64,000 bases of DNA, taken from an uncultured Candidatus Poseidoniales archaeon. Its GTDB lineage: Archaea; Thermoplasmatota; Poseidoniia; Poseidoniales; Thalassarchaeaceae. The stretch covers positions 123,746 through 187,745 of the forward strand of contig CAWVXH010000002.1 in NCBI GenBank assembly GCA_963934165.1, in the 5' to 3' direction. Below the pieces are notes generated by a model that saw nothing but the letters and a program-made list of their open reading frames with translations, did not search any database and was not told where the DNA came from. Position numbers and translations under genes: made by a program. Shown piece by piece: positions 9,966-19,955 of this stretch (positions are counted from its first letter, which is position 1; each line of letters opens with the position of its first letter).

Positions 9966-10478
9966 ATGACGGGAAGAGTTATGTTGACTCGTCAATTCCA
10001 CAATACTGTGCCACTATCTAAACTCGATAAGAAAGACGTAGAAATTGTAAAATTACTAACAAAAGATTCGCGAGCAAGTACACAGGCATATGCAGATTTG
10101 CTAAACATGCCGAGAGTTACCGTACACGATCGGATTCGGCGATTGCAAGACAAAGGTATCGTCAAACGATTTACCATCGATTTGGACCGTCAAGAATTGG
10201 GTTGGCCATTACACGCATTCATCATGGCAAATTGGCAAGGGGAAAGAGGGTTAACCGATAGGAGAAAAGTCGCTTCTGACATTGCCGGATTAGAATTTGT
10301 TGTAGGCTGTCATATCGTAACTGGACAATGGGATTTCATTATCGAAGTGGTAGCTCGAGATATGGCTGATTTAGGAGATTCTATCCTCGATCGACTTTCA
10401 GGAATAACCGGCGTAGGGCATACTCAAACTTTGGTTTCATTCTATAGTTACGATGGAGCGGCGGCTGCTTTGAATTAA
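9966..10478 (+). CDS. Lrp/AsnC transcriptional regulator (true start probably GTG 10008)
   Basis: LDKKDVEIVKLL..DSR, an HTH (TVHDRIRRLQDKGIV) and a RAM domain (VTGQWDF). Confidence 0.93.
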   Translation: MTGRVMLTRQFHNTVPLSKLDKKDVEIVKLLTKDSRASTQAYADLLNMPRVTVHDRIRRLQDKGIVKRFTIDLDRQELGWPLHAFIMANWQGERGLTDRRKVASDIAGLEFVVGCHIVTGQWDFIIEVVARDMADLGDSILDRLSGITGVGHTQTLVSFYSYDGAAAALN

Positions 10479-11534
10479 TCATAATCCAATCGCTGAGAGA
10501 ACCGATTCGAGGTTCGCATCAACGAGTTTTGTCTCTGTTTTCGAATTTTTAATTGCTATATCGGGATCTTTGAGTCCGTGGCCCGTCAATGTTGCAACGA
10601 CAATGCTCCCTGATGGAATTTGCCTTTTTCCTACGGATTTCTGAAGACCGGCAATAGAAGCCGCTGATGCCGGTTCACAAAACACACCAGCATAACGTGC
10701 GAGAAGCCTCTGTGCGTCGAGAATTTCTTCATCACTAACCCAGTCAATCTTGCCCCCTGAATTATTTGCTGCCTCAATAGCTGAATCCCAACTTGCAGGG
10801 TGACCTATGCGTATGGCTGTAGCGACCGTCTCCGGGTTGTCGATGGGCTTTCCGAGAACGAATGGGGCAGCACCTTTTGCTTGCCAACCCATCATTTTCG
10901 GAAGTTTCGAAGATATATTATGGGATTTATATTCATTATAACCCATCCAGTAAGCTGTAATGTTGCCTGCATTACCAACAGGTAAGAAATGGAAATCAGG
11001 AGAGTTTCCTAATTCATCAACGATTTCAAATGCCGCTGTTTTTTGCCCCTGAATGCGGTAGGGGTTGATGCTATTCACTACCTCAAAATCATCAATTCTA
11101 CCGAGTTTTCGCACTATTTCTAGTGCTTCGTCAAAATTTCCTTTTATTGAAATTGTTTGAGCGCCGTGCATCAAAGCTTGTGCTAATTTTCCAAGAGCAA
11201 TTTTGCCTTCTGGAATCAGGACTATGCACTTTATTCCAGCCCTAGCCGCATAGGCAGCCGCAGCCGCACTGGTATTGCCTGTACTTGCGCATACTATTGC
11301 TTTAGCACCATTTTCCACGGCCTTAGTAACCGCCATGCACATTCCTCTATCCTTGAAAGAACCCGTTGGGTTCAAGCCTTCGAATTTTAAAAATAACTCG
11401 AACTCTCCTCCCAGTTTCTCTACGAGTCGTTCGGCTGAAATAAGTGGGGTGTTTCCTTCAGACAATGAGATAATTTCTGTGCTAAGGCCCACTGGGAGGA
11501 AGTTTCGATAAGATTCGATGACCCCCTTAGTCAT
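10479..11534 (-). CDS. thrC: Threonine synthase
   Basis: [39 protein letters not shown] and TGHGLKD motifs. Confidence 0.95.
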   Translation of the reverse strand: MTKGVIESYRNFLPVGLSTEIISLSEGNTPLISAERLVEKLGGEFELFLKFEGLNPTGSFKDRGMCMAVTKAVENGAKAIVCASTGNTSAAAAAYAARAGIKCIVLIPEGKIALGKLAQALMHGAQTISIKGNFDEALEIVRKLGRIDDFEVVNSINPYRIQGQKTAAFEIVDELGNSPDFHFLPVGNAGNITAYWMGYNEYKSHNISSKLPKMMGWQAKGAAPFVLGKPIDNPETVATAIRIGHPASWDSAIEAANNSGGKIDWVSDEEILDAQRLLARYAGVFCEPASAASIAGLQKSVGKRQIPSGSIVVATLTGHGLKDPDIAIKNSKTETKLVDANLESVLSAIGL

Positions 11535-11669
11535 GGATTGTCGCGTTTGATTGGGCAATTGAACTTCACTGCGTCTTCCTTTGAAAATAACGGATAATAA
11601 AAGAAAAGTTGACTCAGCAACATACCATAGATTGAATGCCGAACTTACCTACGAGCGATTGGTGCCAGC

Positions 11670-13046
11670 ATGAGTGAGTGGACAAAACCAATCGACACCG
11701 GCTTGATTCCCAATGACGGGTCTCATTTTGATGTAATCGTAGTTGGTGGGGGTCCGGCTGGCTCAGCAGCTGCATCATACAATGCCATGAATGGCTGTAA
11801 AGTATTATTGATCGAAAAAAACGTTTGGCCTAGAGACAAAGTTTGTGGCGATGCTGTAGGAGGAAAATCACTTACCCATGTGAAGGAATTGGGTGTTTTT
11901 GATTTAGTCGAATCCACACCTCATTATGTTGTTGATTCAATACTCTTCGGTAGTGCAAATGGAGCTGAGGTTAGGGTCATGTTACCCAAAGATGCATATG
12001 CAAAAATGGGCTTACAGTCAGGTTTCGCTCTACCGAGAATTCAATTCGATTATATGATGTTCAAACGAGCGAACGAAATTGTTCAAGAAAAGGGTGGGGC
12101 CGTCATTCAAGGTCATGATGTTACCGAAATTATTGTTGAGGGGGAGGGGGTTACTTCACAAATTTCTGGAGTGAAATGCAGATTGGGGGGGCGAAGGTCA
12201 GAAGAACCGGAATTAACTTACACATCAGCCCTAACGATAGGTGCTGGAGGCTATAATTGCCCGGTATCTAGAACGATTACTGAGAAAATTTTTCATGAGC
12301 CGCACCGAAACGATAAGCATTTTTGTGGTGGATATAGACAATACTGGGAGAATGTAGGGGGATTGACTGGAGAAGAAGGGCAAATTGAAATACATTTTAT
12401 CGATGAGGTTTTGCCTGGATATTTCTGGCTCTTTCCAATAGGAAATGGCATAGTAAATGTTGGAATAGGTATGTTGATTTCTGAACAAAGAAAACAAAAG
12501 GGAAAGAAAAAATCTCTCAAGCAAATTCAGAAATGGGTCATCGAAGAACATCCACGATTCAAAAATCGTTTTTCTGATTCAACTTTGATCGATGGTTCTT
12601 CAAAAGGATGGCAGCTTCCATTCGGATCTCCTCGAAAGAAAGCCCCCTCGTATCAGCCACGACGATCAGCTATGGCTGGTGCCATGTGCGTTGGAGATGC
12701 TGCTAGTTTGGTTGACCCGTTCAGTGGAGAGGGAATTGGAAATGCACTTCTCTCGGCCAAATTAACCGCTCAATATTTTGAACTTGGTCTGCATTCGAAT
12801 GGTTTTACAAATGAGGCGGCTGAAGAATATATGGTTGCCCTTTGGGATGTGTTGGGTAAAGAATTATCTAATTCATCAAAATTGCAACGGATTATGAAAT
12901 GGAAGAGATTAACAAATTGGTTTGTAAAGAAAGCTTCTAAAAAACCTGAAATTGGTATAATGATGTCGGAAATGATTGCCAGTAAAGAATCTCAAACTGT
13001 CCTTTGGAGCCCGTGGTTCCTAATGAAAACATTACTGCTACCATAG
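11670..13046 (+). CDS. Geranylgeranyl reductase family FAD-dependent oxidoreductase
   Basis: VGGGPAGS, PRDKVCGD, GYFWLFP, NVGIG and VGDAASLVDPFSGEGIGNA motifs. Confidence 0.9.
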   Translation: MSEWTKPIDTGLIPNDGSHFDVIVVGGGPAGSAAASYNAMNGCKVLLIEKNVWPRDKVCGDAVGGKSLTHVKELGVFDLVESTPHYVVDSILFGSANGAEVRVMLPKDAYAKMGLQSGFALPRIQFDYMMFKRANEIVQEKGGAVIQGHDVTEIIVEGEGVTSQISGVKCRLGGRRSEEPELTYTSALTIGAGGYNCPVSRTITEKIFHEPHRNDKHFCGGYRQYWENVGGLTGEEGQIEIHFIDEVLPGYFWLFPIGNGIVNVGIGMLISEQRKQKGKKKSLKQIQKWVIEEHPRFKNRFSDSTLIDGSSKGWQLPFGSPRKKAPSYQPRRSAMAGAMCVGDAASLVDPFSGEGIGNALLSAKLTAQYFELGLHSNGFTNEAAEEYMVALWDVLGKELSNSSKLQRIMKWKRLTNWFVKKASKKPEIGIMMSEMIASKESQTVLWSPWFLMKTLLLP

Positions 13047-13055
13047 GTGAAATAA

Positions 13056-13838
13056 ATGAATGATTTGAATGGAGATTTATCCGGAATCGAAGCGATCTTT
13101 CTTGATCTTGATGGGACCATCTACCTTGGTGGAAACTTAATAGAAGGTTCTATCGAATTTTTAAATCGATGTGAAGAACGGGGGATTCAGCGCTTCTTCT
13201 TATCGAATAATTCCTCTAAATCCGTATCGGAGTATTTAGCAAAACTGAATGGGTTAGGAGTTCCTGCAGAAGGAAAGGACATTTTGCTTTCAACTCACGA
13301 TCTGCTCTCTTGGTTGGCTAAAGAAGGAATTACTGAAACATACCTTGTAGGCACAAAAGGAATGAGTTCAATGCTAAAAGAAGTTGGAATAAAAACACGT
13401 AGTAATCAACCACAATATGTGGTACTTGGCTATGATACTGAAATTAATTATGAAAAATTGACTGCCGCTTCAATTCACCTTCATAATGGAGTGCCGCTTG
13501 TTGCATCCCACCCTGATATGGTCTGCCCTTCACCAGAGGGGGGGTTGCCCGATACTGGGGCATACATGGCGTTATTCAAAGCCACCACTGGAATAAGCCC
13601 CACACATATTTGTGGCAAGCCCAACCCTGGTATGATTCTGCATAAAATCGAAGAATTGGGATTGAAACCGGAGCAATGTGCAATGGTTGGAGATCGCCTT
13701 TACACTGATATGGAAATGGCCGAAAGAGCAGGGGTTCATGGAATTCTTGTTCTTTCAGGAGAAGCGACATCGGAGGACCTGGGGGCCGCCAGTCAAAACC
13801 CGTCATTAGTTGTTGAATCTATTGCTGAACTATGTTAG
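13056..13838 (+). CDS. HAD-IIA (NagD-like) phosphatase
   Basis: DLDGT, LSNNS, GKP and GDRLYTD motifs. Confidence 0.93.
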   Translation: MNDLNGDLSGIEAIFLDLDGTIYLGGNLIEGSIEFLNRCEERGIQRFFLSNNSSKSVSEYLAKLNGLGVPAEGKDILLSTHDLLSWLAKEGITETYLVGTKGMSSMLKEVGIKTRSNQPQYVVLGYDTEINYEKLTAASIHLHNGVPLVASHPDMVCPSPEGGLPDTGAYMALFKATTGISPTHICGKPNPGMILHKIEELGLKPEQCAMVGDRLYTDMEMAERAGVHGILVLSGEATSEDLGAASQNPSLVVESIAELC

Positions 13839-13851
13839 TGGTGCGTTGGTT

Positions 13852-14883
13852 ATGGATTCGAATATTGTTGTTGTAACCGGTGCTAGTGGATATATTGGTT
13901 GTCACATTGTTTCTAACTTACTGGGCCGTGGAAGACATGTTAGAGCTACTGTCCGAGATTTTTCGGATCCTGACAGGGTGGCTCATTTAGAAGCGCTAGA
14001 AATTGGTCAAGGGGGGTCATTAGAAATTGTTGAAATGGATTTGTTTGATATTGATTCTGTCAATAATGCAATTGCGGGGTCAGAAGAGGTCATTCACACA
14101 GCGGCCGCAGTGATGATAATGTCGTCAAATCCGCAATTAAAAATTGTTGACCCTAGCGTTATCGGAACCCAAAACATTGTTACAGCGATAGATAATAGTG
14201 ATTCCGTTAAATGCCTAATCCACACTTCTTCGACCGCAGCGATAAGGCCAACAAAATGGAAAAATGGAACTACACTAACTAGTGAAACATGGGCAGATGA
14301 TGCAACTCTGGAAAATAATCCATATGGATTGGCAAAAGTTAGTTCTGAACGAATTGTCCGAAATTGGCACTCTCAAAAGTCGGTTGATTCAAGGCAAAGA
14401 TTGGTTACAATTCATCCTTGTATGGTTTTCGGGCCACCAATGTCAACCCGTCATCTTCGAGGCTCTCTTGCTCTCATGATGACTGTACTGAGACGAGAGA
14501 TGCCTGTCGTCTTACCCATGCAAATCAATGTTGTAGACGTCCGAGATGTTGCTGAAGCTCATGTCAGAGCATTGACCGAGGGCGATGATGCGGGTCGCTA
14601 TCTTGTAACAGCAGGAGATGTTTCAATGAGGGGGATGGCTAAACTGCTCAAATCTCAATATCCAGACATGAATTTGCCTTCATTTGAACTACCCTACCCG
14701 CTTGCTTTGATTGCTGCTTTGTTCCATCCAAAAATTAGTGTGTCTTGGGCTAGAAGTCATCTTAAGAAAAAAATATATTGGGATTCTTCCCCGGCCAAAA
14801 AAGACCTAGGAATGGATTGGATTTCTCCTGCCGATTCAATTCTAGCGGCAGCAGATAAAGTAATCGAAAATGACTGGGTCTAG
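13852..14883 (+). CDS. NAD-dependent epimerase/dehydratase (aldehyde reductase/DFR-like extended SDR)
   Basis: VTGASGYIG, HTSS, YGLAK (YxxxK) and VDVRDVAEAH motifs. Confidence 0.9.
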   Translation: MDSNIVVVTGASGYIGCHIVSNLLGRGRHVRATVRDFSDPDRVAHLEALEIGQGGSLEIVEMDLFDIDSVNNAIAGSEEVIHTAAAVMIMSSNPQLKIVDPSVIGTQNIVTAIDNSDSVKCLIHTSSTAAIRPTKWKNGTTLTSETWADDATLENNPYGLAKVSSERIVRNWHSQKSVDSRQRLVTIHPCMVFGPPMSTRHLRGSLALMMTVLRREMPVVLPMQINVVDVRDVAEAHVRALTEGDDAGRYLVTAGDVSMRGMAKLLKSQYPDMNLPSFELPYPLALIAALFHPKISVSWARSHLKKKIYWDSSPAKKDLGMDWISPADSILAAADKVIENDWV

Positions 14884-14933
14884 TCGCTCAACGATTCGGT
14901 TAGATTTTGAGGCGGGGTTCTGACGCGGGTTCA

Positions 14934-16466
14934 ATGCGTAACCTAGCCGCGCTTGTTGCACTGTTGTTTATTTCGCCGGTTTTCGCTGGCTGTTTCGGAG
15001 AAGATGATGCTCCGGCGCAAGAACAGAGTGGTCCTTTCGTATTCGAAGAAGGCGTCGTCTCGAGCACAACTTGGTACCATTATCCTGGAACTGTTAATTC
15101 TCCTTTTGCAGTCGATGCAACAGATCCAACGGCAGTCTCAGCGGCGAACATCACGGCGAATCTCAGTGGTAATTCAACCCCTTATTTTTCTTCTAGCACG
15201 TATTATGGAACCGGTTATGATACCTTTGAGCCGACGATTGGAATAACTTCATCGGGCGCGATTTTCTTTACGAATTACAATGGTTTAGGTGATGGTACTC
15301 ATATTATCAGATCCAGAGATCAAGGTCAAACATGGGAAGATGTTGGCCCGTTCGGAGCAATAGATGATGATAGTGGACAGACACCAAATTCAAATGATCC
15401 TTACTTGTATGTCGACAAATTTACCGACCGAATTATCAAATTCGATATGCATGTTTTAGCAGCGATGTTTGTCGAATATTCAGATAATGATGGAGATTCC
15501 TGGTCTGTGCCATTTACTGTCGAAGGATATTACCAACCTCAAGATCACCAGAGTATAGCTTCAATGCCTGCTCCCCCAGGAGTTACTGCCTTCCACGAAG
15601 TCATCTATGTCTATTGCATCAACACCGGTTCATCAGCCAACGGAGCACAATGTTCTCGATCACTCGATGGCGGCCATACTTGGGATGTTCAACAAATTGG
15701 TTACCCGATTGAAAGTTATCCTCAGTGTTCTGGCTTGCACGGGCATGTTGCTGGTGGTTCAGATGGTTCAGTTTACCGAGGAAATCCTTCTTGTGAAGGC
15801 CCTGCGGTGTACCGCTCCTTAGATGGTGGCTATTCTTGGACTGAGCACACGATTACAACTGAGGTTGGAATGCAACAAGGATGGCATTCCCACGAAGTTG
15901 CGGTTGCGGTTGATGAGGGGGGGGCAGTTCATGCCACTTGGATTTCTACCGATGAAATGCCTTGGTACGCATATTCCCAGGACCAAGGTGCCACTTGGTC
16001 CGAGCCGATGATGGTCGCTGCTCCAGGAGTGAAAGAAACAGGTTTTCCAACAATATTTGCGGGAGATTCCGGCCGTGTTGTCATTGGATATATCGGAGAG
16101 ATAAACGATTGTAATGAGGCTAACAACACAACCTCCGGTACTGCTTGTGGATGGGGCGGATACATGGCTGTAATGACCGATGCTTTTGCTGAACATCCTT
16201 TAATTACGAGCGTTGCAGTTAATCTTGAAAGCGATCCGTTAGACATAACTTCTGATTGTGGGAATGTTCGTTGTGGCGGTTTCGGTGATTTCATCGATGT
16301 TGAGATTGATGATGAAGGAAGGCCCTGGATTGCTTTGGCACACAATGCTGGTGGATTTGAAGAGGCTTTAATTGGAACTTTTACAGCCGGTCCTGCACTT
16401 TACGGTGAACTTCGGGCTTTACCTGAATTGCCTTTGGGTGGAAATTCTACTCGACTAATGGGATGA
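14934..16466 (+). CDS. Secreted lipoprotein with Asp-box (BNR) repeats, sialidase-like beta-propeller
   Basis: Signal peptide with lipobox FAGC; five SxDxGxTW-type repeats (SRDQGQTW, SDNDGDSW, SLDGGHTW, SLDGGYSW, SQDQGATW). Confidence 0.85.
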   Translation: MRNLAALVALLFISPVFAGCFGEDDAPAQEQSGPFVFEEGVVSSTTWYHYPGTVNSPFAVDATDPTAVSAANITANLSGNSTPYFSSSTYYGTGYDTFEPTIGITSSGAIFFTNYNGLGDGTHIIRSRDQGQTWEDVGPFGAIDDDSGQTPNSNDPYLYVDKFTDRIIKFDMHVLAAMFVEYSDNDGDSWSVPFTVEGYYQPQDHQSIASMPAPPGVTAFHEVIYVYCINTGSSANGAQCSRSLDGGHTWDVQQIGYPIESYPQCSGLHGHVAGGSDGSVYRGNPSCEGPAVYRSLDGGYSWTEHTITTEVGMQQGWHSHEVAVAVDEGGAVHATWISTDEMPWYAYSQDQGATWSEPMMVAAPGVKETGFPTIFAGDSGRVVIGYIGEINDCNEANNTTSGTACGWGGYMAVMTDAFAEHPLITSVAVNLESDPLDITSDCGNVRCGGFGDFIDVEIDDEGRPWIALAHNAGGFEEALIGTFTAGPALYGELRALPELPLGGNSTRLMG

Positions 16467-16511
16467 GGTTTTGTCCGATTATCTGATGTAGCCGATACGC
16501 CAGCGACGGTT

Positions 16512-17975
16512 GTGAAGACCACTGCGATTGCTTTCGCCCTCTTACTTATTGGGCCTGCAATCGCCGGTTGTTTCGGTGATGATGCACCTGAATCTATGAA
16601 GGCTGAGAGTGTTTTTGACGACATATGTGAAATAGGAATTGTACAAACTACGTGGTATCATTTTGCTAACGCGACCGATGCGACCAAAATTTCGACGGTG
16701 GTTAATGGTTCAGAAATTTTAGTCGACAATAATGCTCCATATTGTGCGCAAGGGACATATTTTGGGATTGGGATGACGACATTCGAGCCGACAATTGGAA
16801 TCACTTCGACAAATAACCTCTACATCAGCAGTTGGGGTAATGGACAAAATGGTGCAACCGCTATCGTACAGTGTTCAGGATTAATTGGATTGATTGAAGA
16901 ATCAAATTATGCTTGTATAGATGTATACGATCCGCCCACGGTTCCTGTTGCAAATTCGAATGACCCCTATGTCTATGTTGATCCATGGACTGATCGTATC
17001 ATGAAATTCGATATGCATGCATTGTTAGGTATGACTGTAGAATGGTCAGATGATGATGGGGATTCATGGAGTCCACCTTCTGTTGCGACTGGTTGGTCGG
17101 TCCAAGATCATCAAACAATTGCTTCTTCACCATATAATGCATTAGCCCATGAAACAACATGGGTATTCTGTGTTAACGGTAATTACCCACATCCAATTTG
17201 TTCCACTAGTCAAGATGGGGGGCTGACTTGGGGGCCCGAAGTTTCTGGTGCACCCGTCGATTGTAATAGCGGAGGGTTGACTGGTCATATGATTGGCGCC
17301 AATGATGGGAATTTCTATCGCGGGAATCCAGGATGCAGTGGCGAAGGATACTCAATTTACCGTAGCAAAAACGGTGGACTGACGTGGACTGAGCATCCAT
17401 TACCAACTGAAACCACTGGCACTGCAGACACTTGGAATGCAGAAGAGGCTCAGATTCATCCCGACGAAGAAAACAATCTGCACGCGATGTGGATGGGCAT
17501 AGACAATTTACCATATTATTCCTATTCGAGAGATGAAGGTGATACTTGGTCTGATCCGATGATGATCGCCCCGCCCGCCGGGCTAATTGGCACAGGATTC
17601 CCTGCTCTCGCTGCTGGTTCAGAAGGGCGAGTTGCTTTCGCTTATCTTGGAGATACTGGAAACGATACATGGAACGGATATATTTCGGTGATTACAGACG
17701 CTTTCAATCCAAATCCATTGATTACTACCGTTCAAATTAATGATTTTGGAGACCCTTTGGATACTACTGCAGATTGTGGGTACAATCGATGCGGAGGATT
17801 TGGAGATTTTATTGATATTCTTATCGACCAATTCGGCCGCCCATGGTTTGGATTATCCCATAATATTGTTGATGAGGGGATTTTCGCAACGTTCACAATT
17901 GGACCGAGTTTGAGAAATGACATGGGGCCATTAGATCCGATGCCGTTTGGTGGTAATCTTACTTTGTCCGCCTAA
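16512..17975 (+). CDS. Paralogous Asp-box (BNR) lipoprotein
   Basis: Lipobox IAGC and Asp boxes; shares FEPTIGITS, NSNDPY, KFDMH, QDHQ and RCGGFGDFID with the upstream gene. Confidence 0.85.
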   Translation: MKTTAIAFALLLIGPAIAGCFGDDAPESMKAESVFDDICEIGIVQTTWYHFANATDATKISTVVNGSEILVDNNAPYCAQGTYFGIGMTTFEPTIGITSTNNLYISSWGNGQNGATAIVQCSGLIGLIEESNYACIDVYDPPTVPVANSNDPYVYVDPWTDRIMKFDMHALLGMTVEWSDDDGDSWSPPSVATGWSVQDHQTIASSPYNALAHETTWVFCVNGNYPHPICSTSQDGGLTWGPEVSGAPVDCNSGGLTGHMIGANDGNFYRGNPGCSGEGYSIYRSKNGGLTWTEHPLPTETTGTADTWNAEEAQIHPDEENNLHAMWMGIDNLPYYSYSRDEGDTWSDPMMIAPPAGLIGTGFPALAAGSEGRVAFAYLGDTGNDTWNGYISVITDAFNPNPLITTVQINDFGDPLDTTADCGYNRCGGFGDFIDILIDQFGRPWFGLSHNIVDEGIFATFTIGPSLRNDMGPLDPMPFGGNLTLSA

Positions 17976-18003
17976 AACAATTTGGTATTATGGAGATTAG
18001 TGA

Positions 18004-18543
18004 ATGGATGATGAGAGGAGACTGACTAGACTTGCCAGTAATGTGGTTCACACCATGCATCAAATCCCTCAACTCAGTTTACTTCCAGTGAATGAGCTAC
18101 AGAATATTCCTCTCGGACGACTTCGCAGGGATGCGACCCGCCTCCATGCTGTGTGTCGATATCAGAAAGGGGTGAAGAAATTAGAGATTTCAGGGCCGGT
18201 CGATGTGCGATGCGTCGATGTTCATCCGGCGGCATTAACCAATGATTGGCAACGTTATGCAGCATTCCTACTATATCATGAATTTCTACACGCACTTGGA
18301 TTTGCTGGTCACGACAAGACTTTTCGAAATCTTGAGGCGCTGTGGCCCGATCTCAAAGCCAGAAATATGGGGAAATCATTTGGAAATCATTTGCATAAAA
18401 GAGCCGCGAAATGGCTGTGGACATGTCCGCAATGCTCCAAAGAGCATCAACGTACTCGCAGAGGAAGAGGGAGATATCGCTGCCGTGAATGCCAAATTGT
18501 TTTGATTGACGTTAAACAATCAGAAAACTTGCGGAGCCAATAA
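18004..18543 (+). CDS. SprT-like zinc metalloprotease with C-terminal zinc ribbon
   Basis: HEFLH..G..GH...F motif followed by CPQC and CREC. Confidence 0.75.
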   Translation: MDDERRLTRLASNVVHTMHQIPQLSLLPVNELQNIPLGRLRRDATRLHAVCRYQKGVKKLEISGPVDVRCVDVHPAALTNDWQRYAAFLLYHEFLHALGFAGHDKTFRNLEALWPDLKARNMGKSFGNHLHKRAAKWLWTCPQCSKEHQRTRRGRGRYRCRECQIVLIDVKQSENLRSQ

Positions 18544-19158
18544 CCAAGCCTGCCAAAGATAGCCGGCTGAAAAGCCAAGCATGAGAATTCCGCATACCCC
18601 GAGAGCCGTTCGATAGCCCTTCTCGGAAAAATTTCCCCTCATTCTATCAAGAATAAGGGCGATAATTGATTTTGTAAGAATTATCGAAAGAAGGAAGGTC
18701 AAAGCATATGCAATAGGAGCCAGTGGTTCTACCTCAACATATAGAGCCATCAAAGGGCCGCCGATGAGGAACCAAAATACATACACATTAGGGTTCAGTA
18801 AATTCGTCAATATGCCTCGTTTGAAGGAATTGGATGTGTCTTTTTGCGCTGTGTCTAAATTGGGTGGTTCAATACTGAAACAATCAACTCCCATTTTAGC
18901 GAGAAAAAGCGCTCCTACGATTGAAATAATTAGTAAGGCAGTTGGATTTGTTGCTAACCATCCGGCCGCAATTAAGCTGACAATAATTAGTGGACCATCT
19001 GTGAATATTGGCGCTGCAGCAGTCCAAAGACCGGCCTTGAAACCGCCGGAAAGAGTTTCTCGGAACACCATTGTCAATAGTGGACCTGGTTTTATTCCTT
19101 CAACAACGCCGAGTGTGGCTCCGGCTAAAGCTAAGGTGAGTATTGGTTCAATTTCCAT
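18520..19158 (-). CDS. LysE-family translocator
   Basis: PGPLL and GILTNLLNP motifs; hydrophobic helices. Confidence 0.85.
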   Translation of the reverse strand: MEIEPILTLALAGATLGVVEGIKPGPLLTMVFRETLSGGFKAGLWTAAAPIFTDGPLIIVSLIAAGWLATNPTALLIISIVGALFLAKMGVDCFSIEPPNLDTAQKDTSNSFKRGILTNLLNPNVYVFWFLIGGPLMALYVEVEPLAPIAYALTFLLSIILTKSIIALILDRMRGNFSEKGYRTALGVCGILMLGFSAGYLWQAWLLAPQVF

Positions 19159-19162
19159 TCAC

Positions 19163-19903
19163 TCAGCGCCTTGATAGTTTTGAGAGGAGTTTTAGAATTT
19201 CAATATACAACCAAATTAATGTAACCATTAGGCCGAAGGCGGCGCGCCACTCGAGTTGCTTGGGCGCCCCTCTCTCTATTCCTTTCTCTATGAAATCAAA
19301 GTCGGCGACAAGACATAGTGCACCTATCCCAATAACGAAAAGAGAGAAACCAATGCCTATTGGCCCGCTTCCATGGATGTAAGGCACCTCAAAACCAAGG
19401 AAAATTCCAATGAAAGAAACCAGATAAATTAGGATTATTGCAAGTAGAGCTGAAGATACTGCGATTGCAAGGTTTCGATCCCATTGAATAATTTTCGCCC
19501 GATAAATCAACAACATTGCCCCTAAGATAAGGAAAGTTAGAGCAGCTGCAAGTATTCCCATCCCAGGGTAGCCAGCATACGTTTCAAAAAATCGTGTGAT
19601 GCCTCCTAATGCCAACCCCTGGAATGCTGCATAACTACAAATCAATACTGGATTGGTGGAGCCAGAAAAAATAACTATCATTGCGAAAATAAATCCACCA
19701 ATGAAGCCTATGATAGCAAGAACGGGCATGAATAAGTAGGTTGCAATTGCTAGAGTTGTTGTGATAATCAATAAAATTGATGTTTTTTCAACAGTCCCTT
19801 CAATACTCATGAATTGAGAATTATCGTCCCACCAAGTTGCGTCCTGATAGTTTGATTTTTCAAAAGTCGAGTCTGAAAGGGCAGGGTTGCCTGAACGGTA
19901 CAT
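19163..19903 (-). CDS. Bax inhibitor-1/YccA family membrane protein
   Basis: RSGNPAL start; DFDFIEKG...PK..EW..AFGLMVTLIWLYIEIL C-terminus. Confidence 0.88.
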   Translation of the reverse strand: MYRSGNPALSDSTFEKSNYQDATWWDDNSQFMSIEGTVEKTSILLIITTTLAIATYLFMPVLAIIGFIGGFIFAMIVIFSGSTNPVLICSYAAFQGLALGGITRFFETYAGYPGMGILAAALTFLILGAMLLIYRAKIIQWDRNLAIAVSSALLAIILIYLVSFIGIFLGFEVPYIHGSGPIGIGFSLFVIGIGALCLVADFDFIEKGIERGAPKQLEWRAAFGLMVTLIWLYIEILKLLSKLSRR

Positions 19904-19955
19904 CAAACAGAAGCGCCTCGACCACCCTTCTCAAGGCTTATGTCGACATAGATAC

